DNA of 64,000 nt. Origin: Larkinella insperata (GTDB lineage: Bacteria; Bacteroidota; Bacteroidia; Cytophagales; Spirosomataceae). This document shows, piece after piece, positions 45,948 to 55,406 of this stretch. Numbering within the stretch: the first letter of the stretch is position 1; each line of letters opens with the position of its first letter. The stretch spans positions 2,111,668 through 2,175,667 of the forward strand of contig NZ_CP110973.1 in the NCBI RefSeq assembly GCF_026248825.1, written 5' to 3'. The notes below the pieces were generated by a model that ran no database searches, had not been told where the DNA came from, and worked only from the letters and a program-made list of their open reading frames with translations. The position numbers and the translations under genes are program-made.

Positions 45948-46127
45948 ATGGCACGGATTAAAATCACACAGGTTCGCAGCATCATTAAGCGGCCGAAAAC
46001 ACAGAAGCTAGCGATTCAGTCGCTGGGTCTGGGAAAAATCAACCGTAGCGTTTCATTGGAATACAATGACGCAGTCGGTGGAATCATCCGTAAAGTACAA
46101 CATTTAATTAAAGTAGAAGAAATTTAA
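45948..46127 (+). CDS. rpmD: 50S ribosomal protein L30 (59 aa; absent from the ORF track)
   Basis: ATG 45948 to TAA 46125-46127. Translation: MARIKITQVRSIIKRPKTQKLAIQSLGLGKINRSVSLEYNDAVGGIIRKVQHLIKVEEI. Confidence 0.9.
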   Translation: MARIKITQVRSIIKRPKTQKLAIQSLGLGKINRSVSLEYNDAVGGIIRKVQHLIKVEEI

Positions 46128-46131
46128 TCTC

Positions 46132-46578
46132 ATGAATCTGAATACGCTTAAACCTGCGCAAGGATCCGTCCGGGAGCGCAAGCGAGTAGGTCGAGGTACG
46201 GGTTCTGGCATGGGTGGCACGTCCACCCGTGGCCATAAAGGCGCCCAATCGCGTTCTGGTTACAGCGCGAAGAAAAACTTCGAAGGTGGTCAAATGCCCT
46301 TGCAACGCCGGGTGCCGAAATTTGGCTTTAAAAATATTAACCGGGTTGAGTATAAGCCAATTAACCTGGATACACTTCAGCAACTGATCGAAAAAGCTGG
46401 TGTTACTTCGATCGATGTTGATGTGTTGCTACAAAACGGTTTAGTCGGTAAAAACGACAAAATAAAAATTTTGAGCCGGGGCGAATTGTCTTCTGCAATC
46501 GAAGTAAAAGCACATAGCTTTTCGCAGAAAGCGATTGAGGTTATTGAGAAAGCAGGCGGTAAAGCAATTAAGCTCTAA
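46132..46578 (+). CDS. rplO: 50S ribosomal protein L15
   Basis: 148 aa, MNLNTLKPAQGSVRERKRVGRG... Confidence 0.95.
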   Translation: MNLNTLKPAQGSVRERKRVGRGTGSGMGGTSTRGHKGAQSRSGYSAKKNFEGGQMPLQRRVPKFGFKNINRVEYKPINLDTLQQLIEKAGVTSIDVDVLLQNGLVGKNDKIKILSRGELSSAIEVKAHSFSQKAIEVIEKAGGKAIKL

Positions 46579-46662
46579 TCAGCTCGCTCGTTCGTAGTAG
46601 ATTTAGCCAATATTTTTTCGTAAATTTGTTGACTTTTTTCGGACGAGCAGCTTGATACACTA

Positions 46663-47976
46663 ATGAAACGATTAATCACAACCCTTCAGAATATTTTTTC
46701 GATTGAGGAACTGCGTACCCGCATTCTCAACACCTTGTTGTTTGTGACGGTTTTTCGCTTGGGCTCTCAGATCGTACTACCCGGTGTTGATCCGGATAGA
46801 CTAAATCTGACTCCGCAAGGGTTGTTAGGTTTGGTAGATATTTTTGTGGGAGGAGCTTTTAGTAAAGCATCAATCTTTGCGCTGGGAATTATGCCATATA
46901 TCTCGGCATCGATTGCCATACAGCTCCTAACGCTAGCATTACCTTACTTCCAAAAAATGCAGAAGGAAGGTGAGTCGGGTCGCAAACGGTTGAATCAAAT
47001 CACCCGGGTGTTAACGATTTTCGTTACAGCTGCGCAGGCCATTACTTACTTGACTACGACCATTCCGAACGAAGCTGTGATGATCAATCCAACAACGTTT
47101 CGGATCGTGTCTGTGTTTATCCTGACCGGTGGCACCATTTTCTGTATGTGGTTAGGTGAGCGGATTACGGATAAGGGAATCGGTAACGGGATTTCCATGC
47201 TGATTATGATTGGCATTGTGTCTCGCTTTCCAGGCGCGGTTTACGGAGAAGCTTTATCCCGTGGATCGGGTGGTGCACTCCTCTTCGTCCTAGAGATTGT
47301 TGCTCTTTTCTTTGTTGTAATGGGCGCTGTTGTACTGACCCAGGCTGTTCGTCGGATACCCATTCAATATGCAAAACAAGTAGTTGGCAATAAAGTAGTG
47401 GGTGGTCAACGTCAATATTTACCACTGAAATTGAACGCTGCCGGTGTGATGCCCATCATTTTTGCTCAGGCTTTGATGTTCGTACCATCATTGGTTGCCT
47501 CTTTCTTCGCTGAGAAAAGTGATTTGGCGGGATCGGTACAGACGGTTTTCTCCGATTATACGTCTTGGCAGTACAATGTGCTGTTTGCCGTATTGATCAT
47601 TGTCTTTACCTTTTTTTACACGGCAATTTCAGTCAACCCGAATCAGATCGCGGATGATATGAAACGGAGCGGAGGTTTTATCCCGGGTGTTAAACCTGGT
47701 TTTATGACCTCTGAATACATTGGACAGGTACTGGACCGGATTACCCTTCCAGGGGCATTGATGTTGGCAACAGTAGCTATATTACCTGCTATTGCTGCTC
47801 TGATGGGAATGACGCGAAATTTCTCGCAGTTCTTTGGAGGGACCTCCCTGCTAATTATGGTCGGTGTTGTGCTGGATACGTTGCAGCAAATAGAAAGTTA
47901 TCTTTTGATGCGCCGTTACGAAGGCTTGATGAAGTCAGGACGTGTAACGGGCCGCACAGAAAGTGTAACCGCCTAA
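46663..47976 (+). CDS. secY: Preprotein translocase subunit SecY
   Basis: 437 aa; 10-TM SecY with the conserved GIMPYISASI plug/TM2 region. Confidence 0.95.
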   Translation: MKRLITTLQNIFSIEELRTRILNTLLFVTVFRLGSQIVLPGVDPDRLNLTPQGLLGLVDIFVGGAFSKASIFALGIMPYISASIAIQLLTLALPYFQKMQKEGESGRKRLNQITRVLTIFVTAAQAITYLTTTIPNEAVMINPTTFRIVSVFILTGGTIFCMWLGERITDKGIGNGISMLIMIGIVSRFPGAVYGEALSRGSGGALLFVLEIVALFFVVMGAVVLTQAVRRIPIQYAKQVVGNKVVGGQRQYLPLKLNAAGVMPIIFAQALMFVPSLVASFFAEKSDLAGSVQTVFSDYTSWQYNVLFAVLIIVFTFFYTAISVNPNQIADDMKRSGGFIPGVKPGFMTSEYIGQVLDRITLPGALMLATVAILPAIAALMGMTRNFSQFFGGTSLLIMVGVVLDTLQQIESYLLMRRYEGLMKSGRVTGRTESVTA

Positions 47977-47985
47977 GGTAAGAAA

Positions 47986-48798
47986 ATGATTTACCTGAAA
48001 TCAGACGCCGAAATAGAGTTGATGAGAATCAGCGGCCAGGTTCTTGGTAAAGCTCATGCTGAAGTTGCTAAGCGGATTCGTCCGGGTGTAACGACGAAGG
48101 AATTGGATCGCGTGGCTGAAGAGTATATTCGTGATAACGGCGGTATTCCTTCCTTCAAAGGGTTTAACAATTTTCCGGCGTCCCTGTGTATCTCCGTGAA
48201 TGAAACCGTTGTGCACGGATTTCCGAGCAAGTACGAACTAAAGGAAGGGGACATCATTTCGATTGATTGCGGAGTGAAACTTAACGGATACCATAGTGAC
48301 AGCGCTTACACGTATCCTATTGGTGAAATTAGTCCAGAAGTCCGCGATTTGCTCGTCCGTACGAAGCAATCTTTGTACTACGGCATTGAGAAAGCTGTGG
48401 AAGGAAACCGGATTGGTGATATTGGATTTGCCGTACAAAGTTACGTAGAGAAGTTTGGTTATTCTGTTGTTCGAGAGTTAGTCGGTCATGGTCTTGGAAA
48501 AAGCCTGCACGAAAGCCCCGAAGTTCCCAACTACGGTAAACGAGGTCAAGGAATTAAGCTTAAAGAGGGGATGGTGCTGGCGATTGAGCCGATGGTGAAC
48601 TTAGGAAAGAAAAACATCGTTCAGGAAAGAGACGGCTGGACCATTCGAACTGCTGACCGTAAGCCGTCTGCTCATTTTGAACATTCGGTAGCCATTCGAA
48701 AAGGAAAGCCGGAAATATTGACCACATTCCAATATATTGAAGAAGTAACGGCAAACACCAGTTTAATGGTTGAAGCCGCTGAAGCGACCATAATGTAA
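47986..48798 (+). CDS. map: Type I methionine aminopeptidase
   Basis: 270 aa with metal-binding motifs (DCGVKLNGYHSD, GHGLG). Confidence 0.95.
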   Translation: MIYLKSDAEIELMRISGQVLGKAHAEVAKRIRPGVTTKELDRVAEEYIRDNGGIPSFKGFNNFPASLCISVNETVVHGFPSKYELKEGDIISIDCGVKLNGYHSDSAYTYPIGEISPEVRDLLVRTKQSLYYGIEKAVEGNRIGDIGFAVQSYVEKFGYSVVRELVGHGLGKSLHESPEVPNYGKRGQGIKLKEGMVLAIEPMVNLGKKNIVQERDGWTIRTADRKPSAHFEHSVAIRKGKPEILTTFQYIEEVTANTSLMVEAAEATIM

Positions 48799-48801
48799 CG
48801 A

Positions 48802-49020
48802 ATGGCAAAACAGACATCCATCGAACAAGACGGTACCATTGTAGAAGCACTCTCCAATGCGATGTTTCGTGTACAACTCGAAAATAAGCATGAAGTAATT
48901 GCTCACATTTCTGGGAAAATGCGGATGAATTACATTAAGATTTTGCCGGGTGACCGCGTAAAGTTGGAGATGTCACCGTATGATCTGACAAAAGCACGAA
49001 TTGTTTATCGATATAAATAA
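48802..49020 (+). CDS. infA: Translation initiation factor IF-1
   Basis: 72 aa, [41 protein letters not shown]... Confidence 0.95.
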   Translation: MAKQTSIEQDGTIVEALSNAMFRVQLENKHEVIAHISGKMRMNYIKILPGDRVKLEMSPYDLTKARIVYRYK

Positions 49021-49077
49021 CGCTTGGCGTTAAGCAATTTTTGAGACCGAGCAGTAGATCTTAAACGAAGGGAAACC

Positions 49078-49194
49078 ATGAAAGTCAAAGCGTCTATTAA
49101 AAAGCGCAGCGCTGAATGTAAAGTGATTCGCCGGAAGGGCAAACTTTACGTTATTAACAAAAAGAATCCAAGATACAAACAAAGACAAGGATAA
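49078..49194 (+). CDS. rpmJ: 50S ribosomal protein L36 (38 aa; absent from the ORF track)
   Basis: ATG 49078 to TAA 49192-49194. Translation: [38 protein letters not shown]. Confidence 0.9.
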   Translation: MKVKASIKKRSAECKVIRRKGKLYVINKKNPRYKQRQG

Positions 49195-49203
49195 TCACTG
49201 AAT

Positions 49204-49581
49204 ATGGCACGTATCGCAGGGGTTGATATTCCCGACCGGAAGCGCGGTGAAATTGCGTTGACCTACATCTTTGGCATTGGCCGTAGTTCAGCGCAGACGA
49301 TTTTAAACAGAGCAGGCGTTTCTGTTGACAAAAAGGTTAGCGAATGGAATGACGAAGAGTCAAACGCCATTCGGACCATCATCAGCGGAGAATACAAAGT
49401 AGAAGGTGCGCTGAAATCTGAGGTCCAACTGAACATCAAACGTCTGATGGACATCGGATGTTACCGGGGCCTTCGGCACCGGAAAGGTTTGCCGGTTCGT
49501 GGACAGCATACGAAGAATAACTCTCGTACGCGGAAAGGTAAACGTAAGACCGTAGCGAACAAGAAGAAAGCAACTAAATAA
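49204..49581 (+). CDS. rpsM: 30S ribosomal protein S13
   Basis: 125 aa, [26 protein letters not shown]... Confidence 0.95.
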   Translation: MARIAGVDIPDRKRGEIALTYIFGIGRSSAQTILNRAGVSVDKKVSEWNDEESNAIRTIISGEYKVEGALKSEVQLNIKRLMDIGCYRGLRHRKGLPVRGQHTKNNSRTRKGKRKTVANKKKATK

Positions 49582-49665
49582 TAAGGTTTAAAGTTTGAAG
49601 TTTAGGTTTTACAAGCCGTTGTGCTTTTAAAGCTTAGACTTTGAACGTTAAACGATCAACTAACA

Positions 49666-50061
49666 ATGGCTCAGGCAAAACGCAAGGATAAAGCGAAAAA
49701 ACGGGTAGTAGTGGTTGAACCTGTTGGTCAGGTTCACATCCGGGCTTCGTTCAACAACATCATCATTTCTATTACTAACAGTTCCGGCCAGGTAATCTCT
49801 TGGGCGTCGGCAGGTAAAATGGGCTTTAAAGGCTCAAAGAAGAACACGCCGTATGCCGCACAGACTGCTGCTCAGAACTGCGCCACGGTAGCGCATGACC
49901 TAGGAATGCGCAAAGCCGAAGTTTTTGTTAAAGGACCGGGTTCAGGCCGTGAATCGGCTATCCGTACTATCCAGAACTCTGGTATTGAAGTGACGTCGAT
50001 CAAAGATATCACTCCGTTGCCCCACAACGGTTGCCGCCCCCCCAAACGCCGTCGCGTTTAA
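49666..50061 (+). CDS. rpsK: 30S ribosomal protein S11
   Basis: 131 aa, ...[27 protein letters not shown]... Confidence 0.95.
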   Translation: MAQAKRKDKAKKRVVVVEPVGQVHIRASFNNIIISITNSSGQVISWASAGKMGFKGSKKNTPYAAQTAAQNCATVAHDLGMRKAEVFVKGPGSGRESAIRTIQNSGIEVTSIKDITPLPHNGCRPPKRRRV

Positions 50062-50175
50062 TCAATATTGTTCAGTTATGCAGTTCACTGTTAAGAAGCT
50101 GCTCCATCAATGAATACGGACAGGCGACATTAGGTTGTGTCTGTTCTTTTTCGTTATTCATTATTTACGTTACAA

Positions 50176-50781
50176 ATGGCAAGATACACCGGCCCCAAGG
50201 CCAAAATCTCCCGCAAATTTGGTGAGCCAATCCTCGGCCCCAGCAAAGCATTACAAAAGAAAGCCTATGGTCCTGGTCAACACGGACGTGGCCGCAAACG
50301 GAAACAGTCAGAATATGCTGTTCAGTTGCAGGAAAAACAAAAAGTAAAGTATATCTACGGTATTCTGGAGCGTCAGTTCCGGGGCTTATTCCACCGGGCC
50401 GTTGTGAAAGAGGGAATTACGGGTGAAAACCTGCTGAAACTTTGCGAAGCACGTCTGGATAATACAGTTTATCGTTTGGGCATTGCTCCAACGCGTCGGG
50501 CCGCCCGTCAATTGGTATCACACAAACACATTGCCGTTGATGGCGAAGTGGTAAATATAGCTTCTTATTCATTGAAGCCCGGTCAGTTGATCAGCGTTCG
50601 TGAGAAATCAAAATCACTCGAAGCCGTCTCTGCGAGCTTGAGCACCCGCGGTGCTAAACGCTACAACTGGTTAGAATGGGATCAACAACAACTGCAGGGC
50701 AAGTTCACGAACTACCCGGAGCGTGATCAGATTCCTGAGAACGTCAACGAGCAGTTAGTTGTCGAATTATATTCGAAATAA
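50176..50781 (+). CDS. rpsD: 30S ribosomal protein S4
   Basis: The start is [16 protein letters not shown] at 50176; the track ORF from 50137 carries 13 leader codons. Confidence 0.9.
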   Translation: MARYTGPKAKISRKFGEPILGPSKALQKKAYGPGQHGRGRKRKQSEYAVQLQEKQKVKYIYGILERQFRGLFHRAVVKEGITGENLLKLCEARLDNTVYRLGIAPTRRAARQLVSHKHIAVDGEVVNIASYSLKPGQLISVREKSKSLEAVSASLSTRGAKRYNWLEWDQQQLQGKFTNYPERDQIPENVNEQLVVELYSK

Positions 50782-50884
50782 TAGTTGCGGTTTTCAGGTT
50801 ACTGCTCTGGTGAGTCATGAAAGCAGTAACAAACTGGAAATGGTATACTACACATTTTATTTGAACTGTTAACAACAAAATCGT

Positions 50885-51874
50885 ATGTCAATATTAGCGT
50901 TCCAAATGCCCGATAAAGTTGTCATGGAGCGAGCTGACGACTTTCACGGGTTGTTTGAGTTCAAGCCACTCGAAAAGGGCTATGGCGTGACCATAGGGAA
51001 TGCGTTGCGGAGAATTCTGCTGTCATCGCTGGAGGGCTATGCCATCACCAGCGTACGGTTCCCTGGCGTACTGCATGAATTCTCTTCAATAGAAGGCGTC
51101 GTTGAGGATGTTACCGAGATCATTCTGAACCTGAAAATGGTGCGGTTCAAGAAGGTTTCGGACATGGTCGACAACAAAATTACCGTTACGATTAAGAATC
51201 AGTCGGTGTTAAAGGCTGGTGATATATCTAAATTCTCAGCGTCATTCGAGGTGTTGAATCCCGATCTGGAGATTTGCCACATTGATGATACGCGTGAATT
51301 GGAAATGGAAATCTACGTGGAAAAAGGTCGTGGCTATATCCCGGCTGACGAACCACGTGCCAACGAATTGCCGTTCGGTCACATTCCAATCGATGCAATT
51401 TACACGCCGATCAAAAACGTACGTTATAGTGTTGAAAACACGCGGGTTGAGCAAAAAACTGACTATGAGCGGTTGCTGCTTGACATTGAAACGGACGGTT
51501 CTATTCACCCGGAAGAAGCCCTGAAAGGTGCGGCTACGATCCTGATTCAGCACTTTATGTTATTCTCGGATCAAACGATGACGTTTGAAACCGCGAAAGC
51601 TGAGGAAGACAACGTAGTAGATGAAGAAATGCTGCACATGCGGAAGCTGTTAAAGACTCCGCTGGCCGATCTTGATCTGTCCGTACGCGCTTACAACTGT
51701 TTGAAATCTGCCGACGTAAAATCACTGGGCGATCTGGTGAAACTGGAGATTTCAGACATGATGAAATTTAGAAACTTCGGTAAGAAGTCGCTGACTGAGC
51801 TTGAGCAGTTGGTTGCCGAAAAGAATCTGACCTTCGGCATGGACATTTCCAAATACAGATTAGACGAGGACTAA
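50885..51874 (+). CDS. rpoA: DNA-directed RNA polymerase subunit alpha
   Basis: 329 aa with an N-terminal assembly domain and a C-terminal alphaCTD ([10 protein letters not shown]). Confidence 0.95.
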   Translation: MSILAFQMPDKVVMERADDFHGLFEFKPLEKGYGVTIGNALRRILLSSLEGYAITSVRFPGVLHEFSSIEGVVEDVTEIILNLKMVRFKKVSDMVDNKITVTIKNQSVLKAGDISKFSASFEVLNPDLEICHIDDTRELEMEIYVEKGRGYIPADEPRANELPFGHIPIDAIYTPIKNVRYSVENTRVEQKTDYERLLLDIETDGSIHPEEALKGAATILIQHFMLFSDQTMTFETAKAEEDNVVDEEMLHMRKLLKTPLADLDLSVRAYNCLKSADVKSLGDLVKLEISDMMKFRNFGKKSLTELEQLVAEKNLTFGMDISKYRLDED

Positions 51875-51878
51875 TACC

Positions 51879-52481
51879 ATGAGACACGGTAAAAAAAATA
51901 ATCATCTTGGCAGGACCTATTCACACCGTGCAGCTATGCTGTCGAACATGGCGTCCTCGCTAATTCTGAGCAAGCGTATTGAAACAACGGTTGCGAAGGC
52001 GAAAGAGCTGCGGAAATACGTTGAACCGCTGCTGACCCGCGCTAAAAACGATTCGTACCAAAATCGTCGGGTTGTTTTCTCATACCTCCAGAATAAGGAG
52101 ACGATGAAAGAACTTTTCAACGTTGTTTCAGATAAGATTTCAAATCGCCCGGGTGGCTACACCCGTATCATTAAGCTGGGCAACCGGATTGGTGATAACG
52201 CTGAAACCTGTATCATCGAGCTGGTTGACTTCAACGAAACGTTATTAGCAGCAGCTACTGAAGATCAGAAAGCAACCCGTACCCGCCGTAGCCGTCGTAG
52301 CGCTGGCGCTCGTAAAGCTGACGAAACTGCTGAAGCTACCCCGGTGGCTGAAGCGACGCCAGCAGCAGAAGCAGCACCGGCGGCCGAAGCGGCTGTTCCG
52401 GCCGAAGAGCCAGCGGCAGAGAAAGCTCCGGAGACTCCGGAAGCTTCAGCTGAATCAACGGACGAGGAAGCAAAATCTTAA
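51879..52481 (+). CDS. rplQ: 50S ribosomal protein L17 with a C-terminal Ala/Glu/Pro-rich extension
   Basis: 200 aa. The conserved L17 core spans about 1-120; then [68 protein letters not shown]. Confidence 0.9.
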   Translation: MRHGKKNNHLGRTYSHRAAMLSNMASSLILSKRIETTVAKAKELRKYVEPLLTRAKNDSYQNRRVVFSYLQNKETMKELFNVVSDKISNRPGGYTRIIKLGNRIGDNAETCIIELVDFNETLLAAATEDQKATRTRRSRRSAGARKADETAEATPVAEATPAAEAAPAAEAAVPAEEPAAEKAPETPEASAESTDEEAKS

Positions 52482-52648
52482 TGCCATAGAGTCCGGATAG
52501 CTTTGAAATTCACTGCCTATACGACGACATGGTCACGACCGGATACTGCTGTTTGCTGTATTAACCTTGATAAGTTAACGGCTTACGAACTAAAAAGCAG
52601 TCGAGCTGGTTTTACTATTGTGAAGAACAAACTCACATACAAAACAGA

Positions 52649-52680
52649 GGGTTAACCGTAATGGGTTAACCCTTTTTTTT
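52649..52680 (+). terminator. Rho-independent terminator after the ribosomal superoperon
   Basis: gggttaacc-gtaat-g-ggttaaccc: a 9-bp stem followed by eight T residues. Confidence 0.65.
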
Positions 52681-52704
52681 AACTCAGAAACTCCAAAGCA
52701 ATTC

Positions 52705-53820
52705 ATGAAACAGGTTCAGCAACCAGCTGCTTTATTGGTTTTGAAAGATGGTTCCGTATTTAGAGGAACGGCCCTTGGTAAAATTGGAACGGCGGGTGGC
52801 GAAATATGCTTCAACACAGGCATGACTGGCTATCAGGAGATTTATACAGATCCTTCGTATTACGGTCAGGTGATTGTTAACACCACTTCGCACATTGGTA
52901 ATTACGGAGTGCAATACCGGGATGAAGAAGAGTCGGGTAATGTAACAATCCGGGGAATGGTCTGTAACTTCTTCTCGCAAATTCATTCGCGGAATACGGC
53001 TGATACCTCGTTGCAGGAGTACTTTGAACGCGCAAATATCGTCGGGATCAGCGGGATTGATACTCGTCAGGTGGTGCGGCACATTCGGGACAAGGGTGTA
53101 ATGAACTGCATCATCTCCTCCGAAATTCTGGACCCCGCGGTGTTGCTGGAACGCCTGCACCAGATTCCGGACATGGAAGGACTGGAGCTTTCGTCTGAAG
53201 TGAGTACGAAAAAAATATATGAAGTAGGCGATCCGAACGTTTCCGACTTCAAAGTGGCCGTGCTGGATTTGGGCATCAAAAAAAGTATCCTGAATAACCT
53301 GGCTGGTCGGGGTGCTCATTGTCGGGTGTTTCCGGCTAAAACGCCCTTTGAAGAGATTAATGCTTGGAACCCGAACGGCTATTTTATCTCGAATGGTCCA
53401 GGTGATCCGGCAGCCATGCCGTACGCCGTTGAAACCGTCAAGCAGGCGCTCGAAACCGATAAGCCGCTATTTGGCATTTGCCTGGGCCACCAGATTCTAT
53501 CACTGGCCAGCGGTATTTCAACCTACAAAATGCACAACGGCCACCGGGGACTCAACCATCCGGTCAAAAACCTGATCACCGGTCGTTGTGAAGTAACATC
53601 TCAAAACCACGGTTTTGCGGTGCGGGCTGACGAAGTAATGGACAATGCGGATATTGAACTGACGCACGTCAACCTGAATGATAAAACCATCGAAGGAATT
53701 CGTCGGAAAGATCGACCGGCGTTTTCGGTGCAATACCACCCCGAAGCTTCACCGGGGCCGCACGATTCGCGGTACTTGTTCGATGATTTTGTGAAACTCA
53801 TTGAAGTGGAAGCACGATAA
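52705..53820 (+). CDS. carA: Carbamoyl-phosphate synthase small (glutaminase) subunit
   Basis: 371 aa with the class-I GATase triad region (GICLGHQ, HGFAV, H..E). Confidence 0.9.
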   Translation: MKQVQQPAALLVLKDGSVFRGTALGKIGTAGGEICFNTGMTGYQEIYTDPSYYGQVIVNTTSHIGNYGVQYRDEEESGNVTIRGMVCNFFSQIHSRNTADTSLQEYFERANIVGISGIDTRQVVRHIRDKGVMNCIISSEILDPAVLLERLHQIPDMEGLELSSEVSTKKIYEVGDPNVSDFKVAVLDLGIKKSILNNLAGRGAHCRVFPAKTPFEEINAWNPNGYFISNGPGDPAAMPYAVETVKQALETDKPLFGICLGHQILSLASGISTYKMHNGHRGLNHPVKNLITGRCEVTSQNHGFAVRADEVMDNADIELTHVNLNDKTIEGIRRKDRPAFSVQYHPEASPGPHDSRYLFDDFVKLIEVEAR

Positions 53821-53821
53821 T

Positions 53822-53852
53822 AAAAAATCCGGCCTGCGAGCCGGATTTTTTT
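53822..53852 (+). terminator. Rho-independent terminator after carA
   Basis: aaaaaatccggc-ctgcga-gccggattttttt. Confidence 0.6.
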
Positions 53853-53916
53853 ATGCGGTCTTGCTTAACACAGGTTTATTTAAATACTAAATTAGGAGGG
53901 GAACTAAGCTAAACCG

Positions 53917-55113
53917 ATGATTCCCGCAACTGCCCCTTCACAAAGCCGGATTGCAAGCCGTATCCTAAGCATCGACGTGGTGCGTGGGCTAGTCATGGTC
54001 GTTATGGCGTTGGATCATACCCGTGATTTCATTCATCGAAACGGCTTCTTTTACAACGCAACGGATTTAAACACGACCTCCCCGATTCTATTTTTTACGC
54101 GCTGGATAACTCATTTTTGCGCCCCCGCCTTTGTCTTTCTGGCCGGCACTTCGGCGTATTTGATGGGCCGTAAAATGAGCAAGCCGCAACTTCGGTTTTT
54201 CCTGATTACGCGCGGGCTCTGGCTGATCGTTCTAGAGGTGACGGTTGTAAACCTGAATTTATGGTTTGATGTCACATTTTCCGTTCTGGCGCTGGAAGTC
54301 ATCTGGGCGACCGGCGTGAGCATGGTGGTTCTGGGCGTGCTGCTGACAGTACCACAAAACCTACTTTTGGGGCTTGGCCTGATTATTTTACTCGGCCATA
54401 ACGCGCTGGATTCCCTGTCGTTTCCGGCGGGAAGCGCTTTGGATATTATCTGGTCGATACTACACCGGCCAAATGCCATTCCACTATCGCCCAACCAGAT
54501 CGTGTTCATTATGTATCCTGTACTGCCGTGGATCGGCATTTTGATTGTGGGTTACTGTTTCGGAGCGTTATACAGCCGCGACGTTGATGCGGAGCACCGC
54601 AGAAAATGGCTACGTTGGATAGGAATCGCCAGCGTTACCGCGTTTATTTTGATTCGAGCGATAAACCGTTACGGCGATCCGGCGCCGTGGTCGGTACAGA
54701 AAACGCCGTTATTTACGCTTCTTTCGTTTATCAACGTTACCAAATATCCTCCGTCGCTACTTTTTGCTTTAATGACTTTAGGACCGGTTGTCTGGCTCTT
54801 GAGCGCACTAGAAAGGAAGCGGGGGAACTGGATGTTATTTTTTATCACCTATGGTCGAGTACCGCTTTTCTACTTTATTATACACTTTTTTTTGGTCCAC
54901 GCGCTGTCAATCGGGTTGCTGCTGTTGGATGGGGTCGCCTGGTCAGAAATCAACTTTCAGAACCGCATGGGGGGCGTTGTACCGGAGCATGGGTTGCCGC
55001 TGGGAATAACGTATGGAGTATGGATAGGAGTTGTCCTGATCATGTATCCGCTTTGTGAATGGTACGGACAAATTAAAGCAAAAAGCCGTCACCCCATCTG
55101 GAGTTATCTTTGA
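53917..55113 (+). CDS. DUF1624 family polytopic membrane protein (HGSNAT-like acyltransferase)
   Basis: 398 aa with about 10 TM helices. The N-terminal motif SIDVVRGLVMVVMALDHTRDF is characteristic of DUF1624. Confidence 0.6.
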   Translation: MIPATAPSQSRIASRILSIDVVRGLVMVVMALDHTRDFIHRNGFFYNATDLNTTSPILFFTRWITHFCAPAFVFLAGTSAYLMGRKMSKPQLRFFLITRGLWLIVLEVTVVNLNLWFDVTFSVLALEVIWATGVSMVVLGVLLTVPQNLLLGLGLIILLGHNALDSLSFPAGSALDIIWSILHRPNAIPLSPNQIVFIMYPVLPWIGILIVGYCFGALYSRDVDAEHRRKWLRWIGIASVTAFILIRAINRYGDPAPWSVQKTPLFTLLSFINVTKYPPSLLFALMTLGPVVWLLSALERKRGNWMLFFITYGRVPLFYFIIHFFLVHALSIGLLLLDGVAWSEINFQNRMGGVVPEHGLPLGITYGVWIGVVLIMYPLCEWYGQIKAKSRHPIWSYL

Positions 55114-55406
55114 GCTCGGGTTTTTGCACCGGAAGTTATTGCTTTAGAGGATCTCAGAAGTATAGAAAAACACTGACGTTTTGTTCCCAGGCATTTGGGG
55201 GAAATGCGAACAGGTACAGTTGGCGAGCTTTCTCAGCAAGAATATGAAACACTATGGAGTAGCTGGCAAAAGGCGGAAAGGGAATGTACGAGCTACGCTG
55301 CACTACGTTAGCTCGTACCTAAAAACATAAGAGAGCAGAGAAAATAATAGTATACAATATTCCGAAATTTCAGATAGACGCAATCGCAATTTTTAGACAA
55401 ATACCC

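Noticed and set aside
55286-55318. Imperfect 11-12-bp inverted repeat (gtacgagctacg / cgttagctcgtac) between the DUF1624 gene and the hybrid kinase gene
   Set aside because: It contains an indel in the stem and has no U-tract on either side. It may act as a weak bidirectional terminator for the convergent genes, but the support is too weak to list it as a feature.
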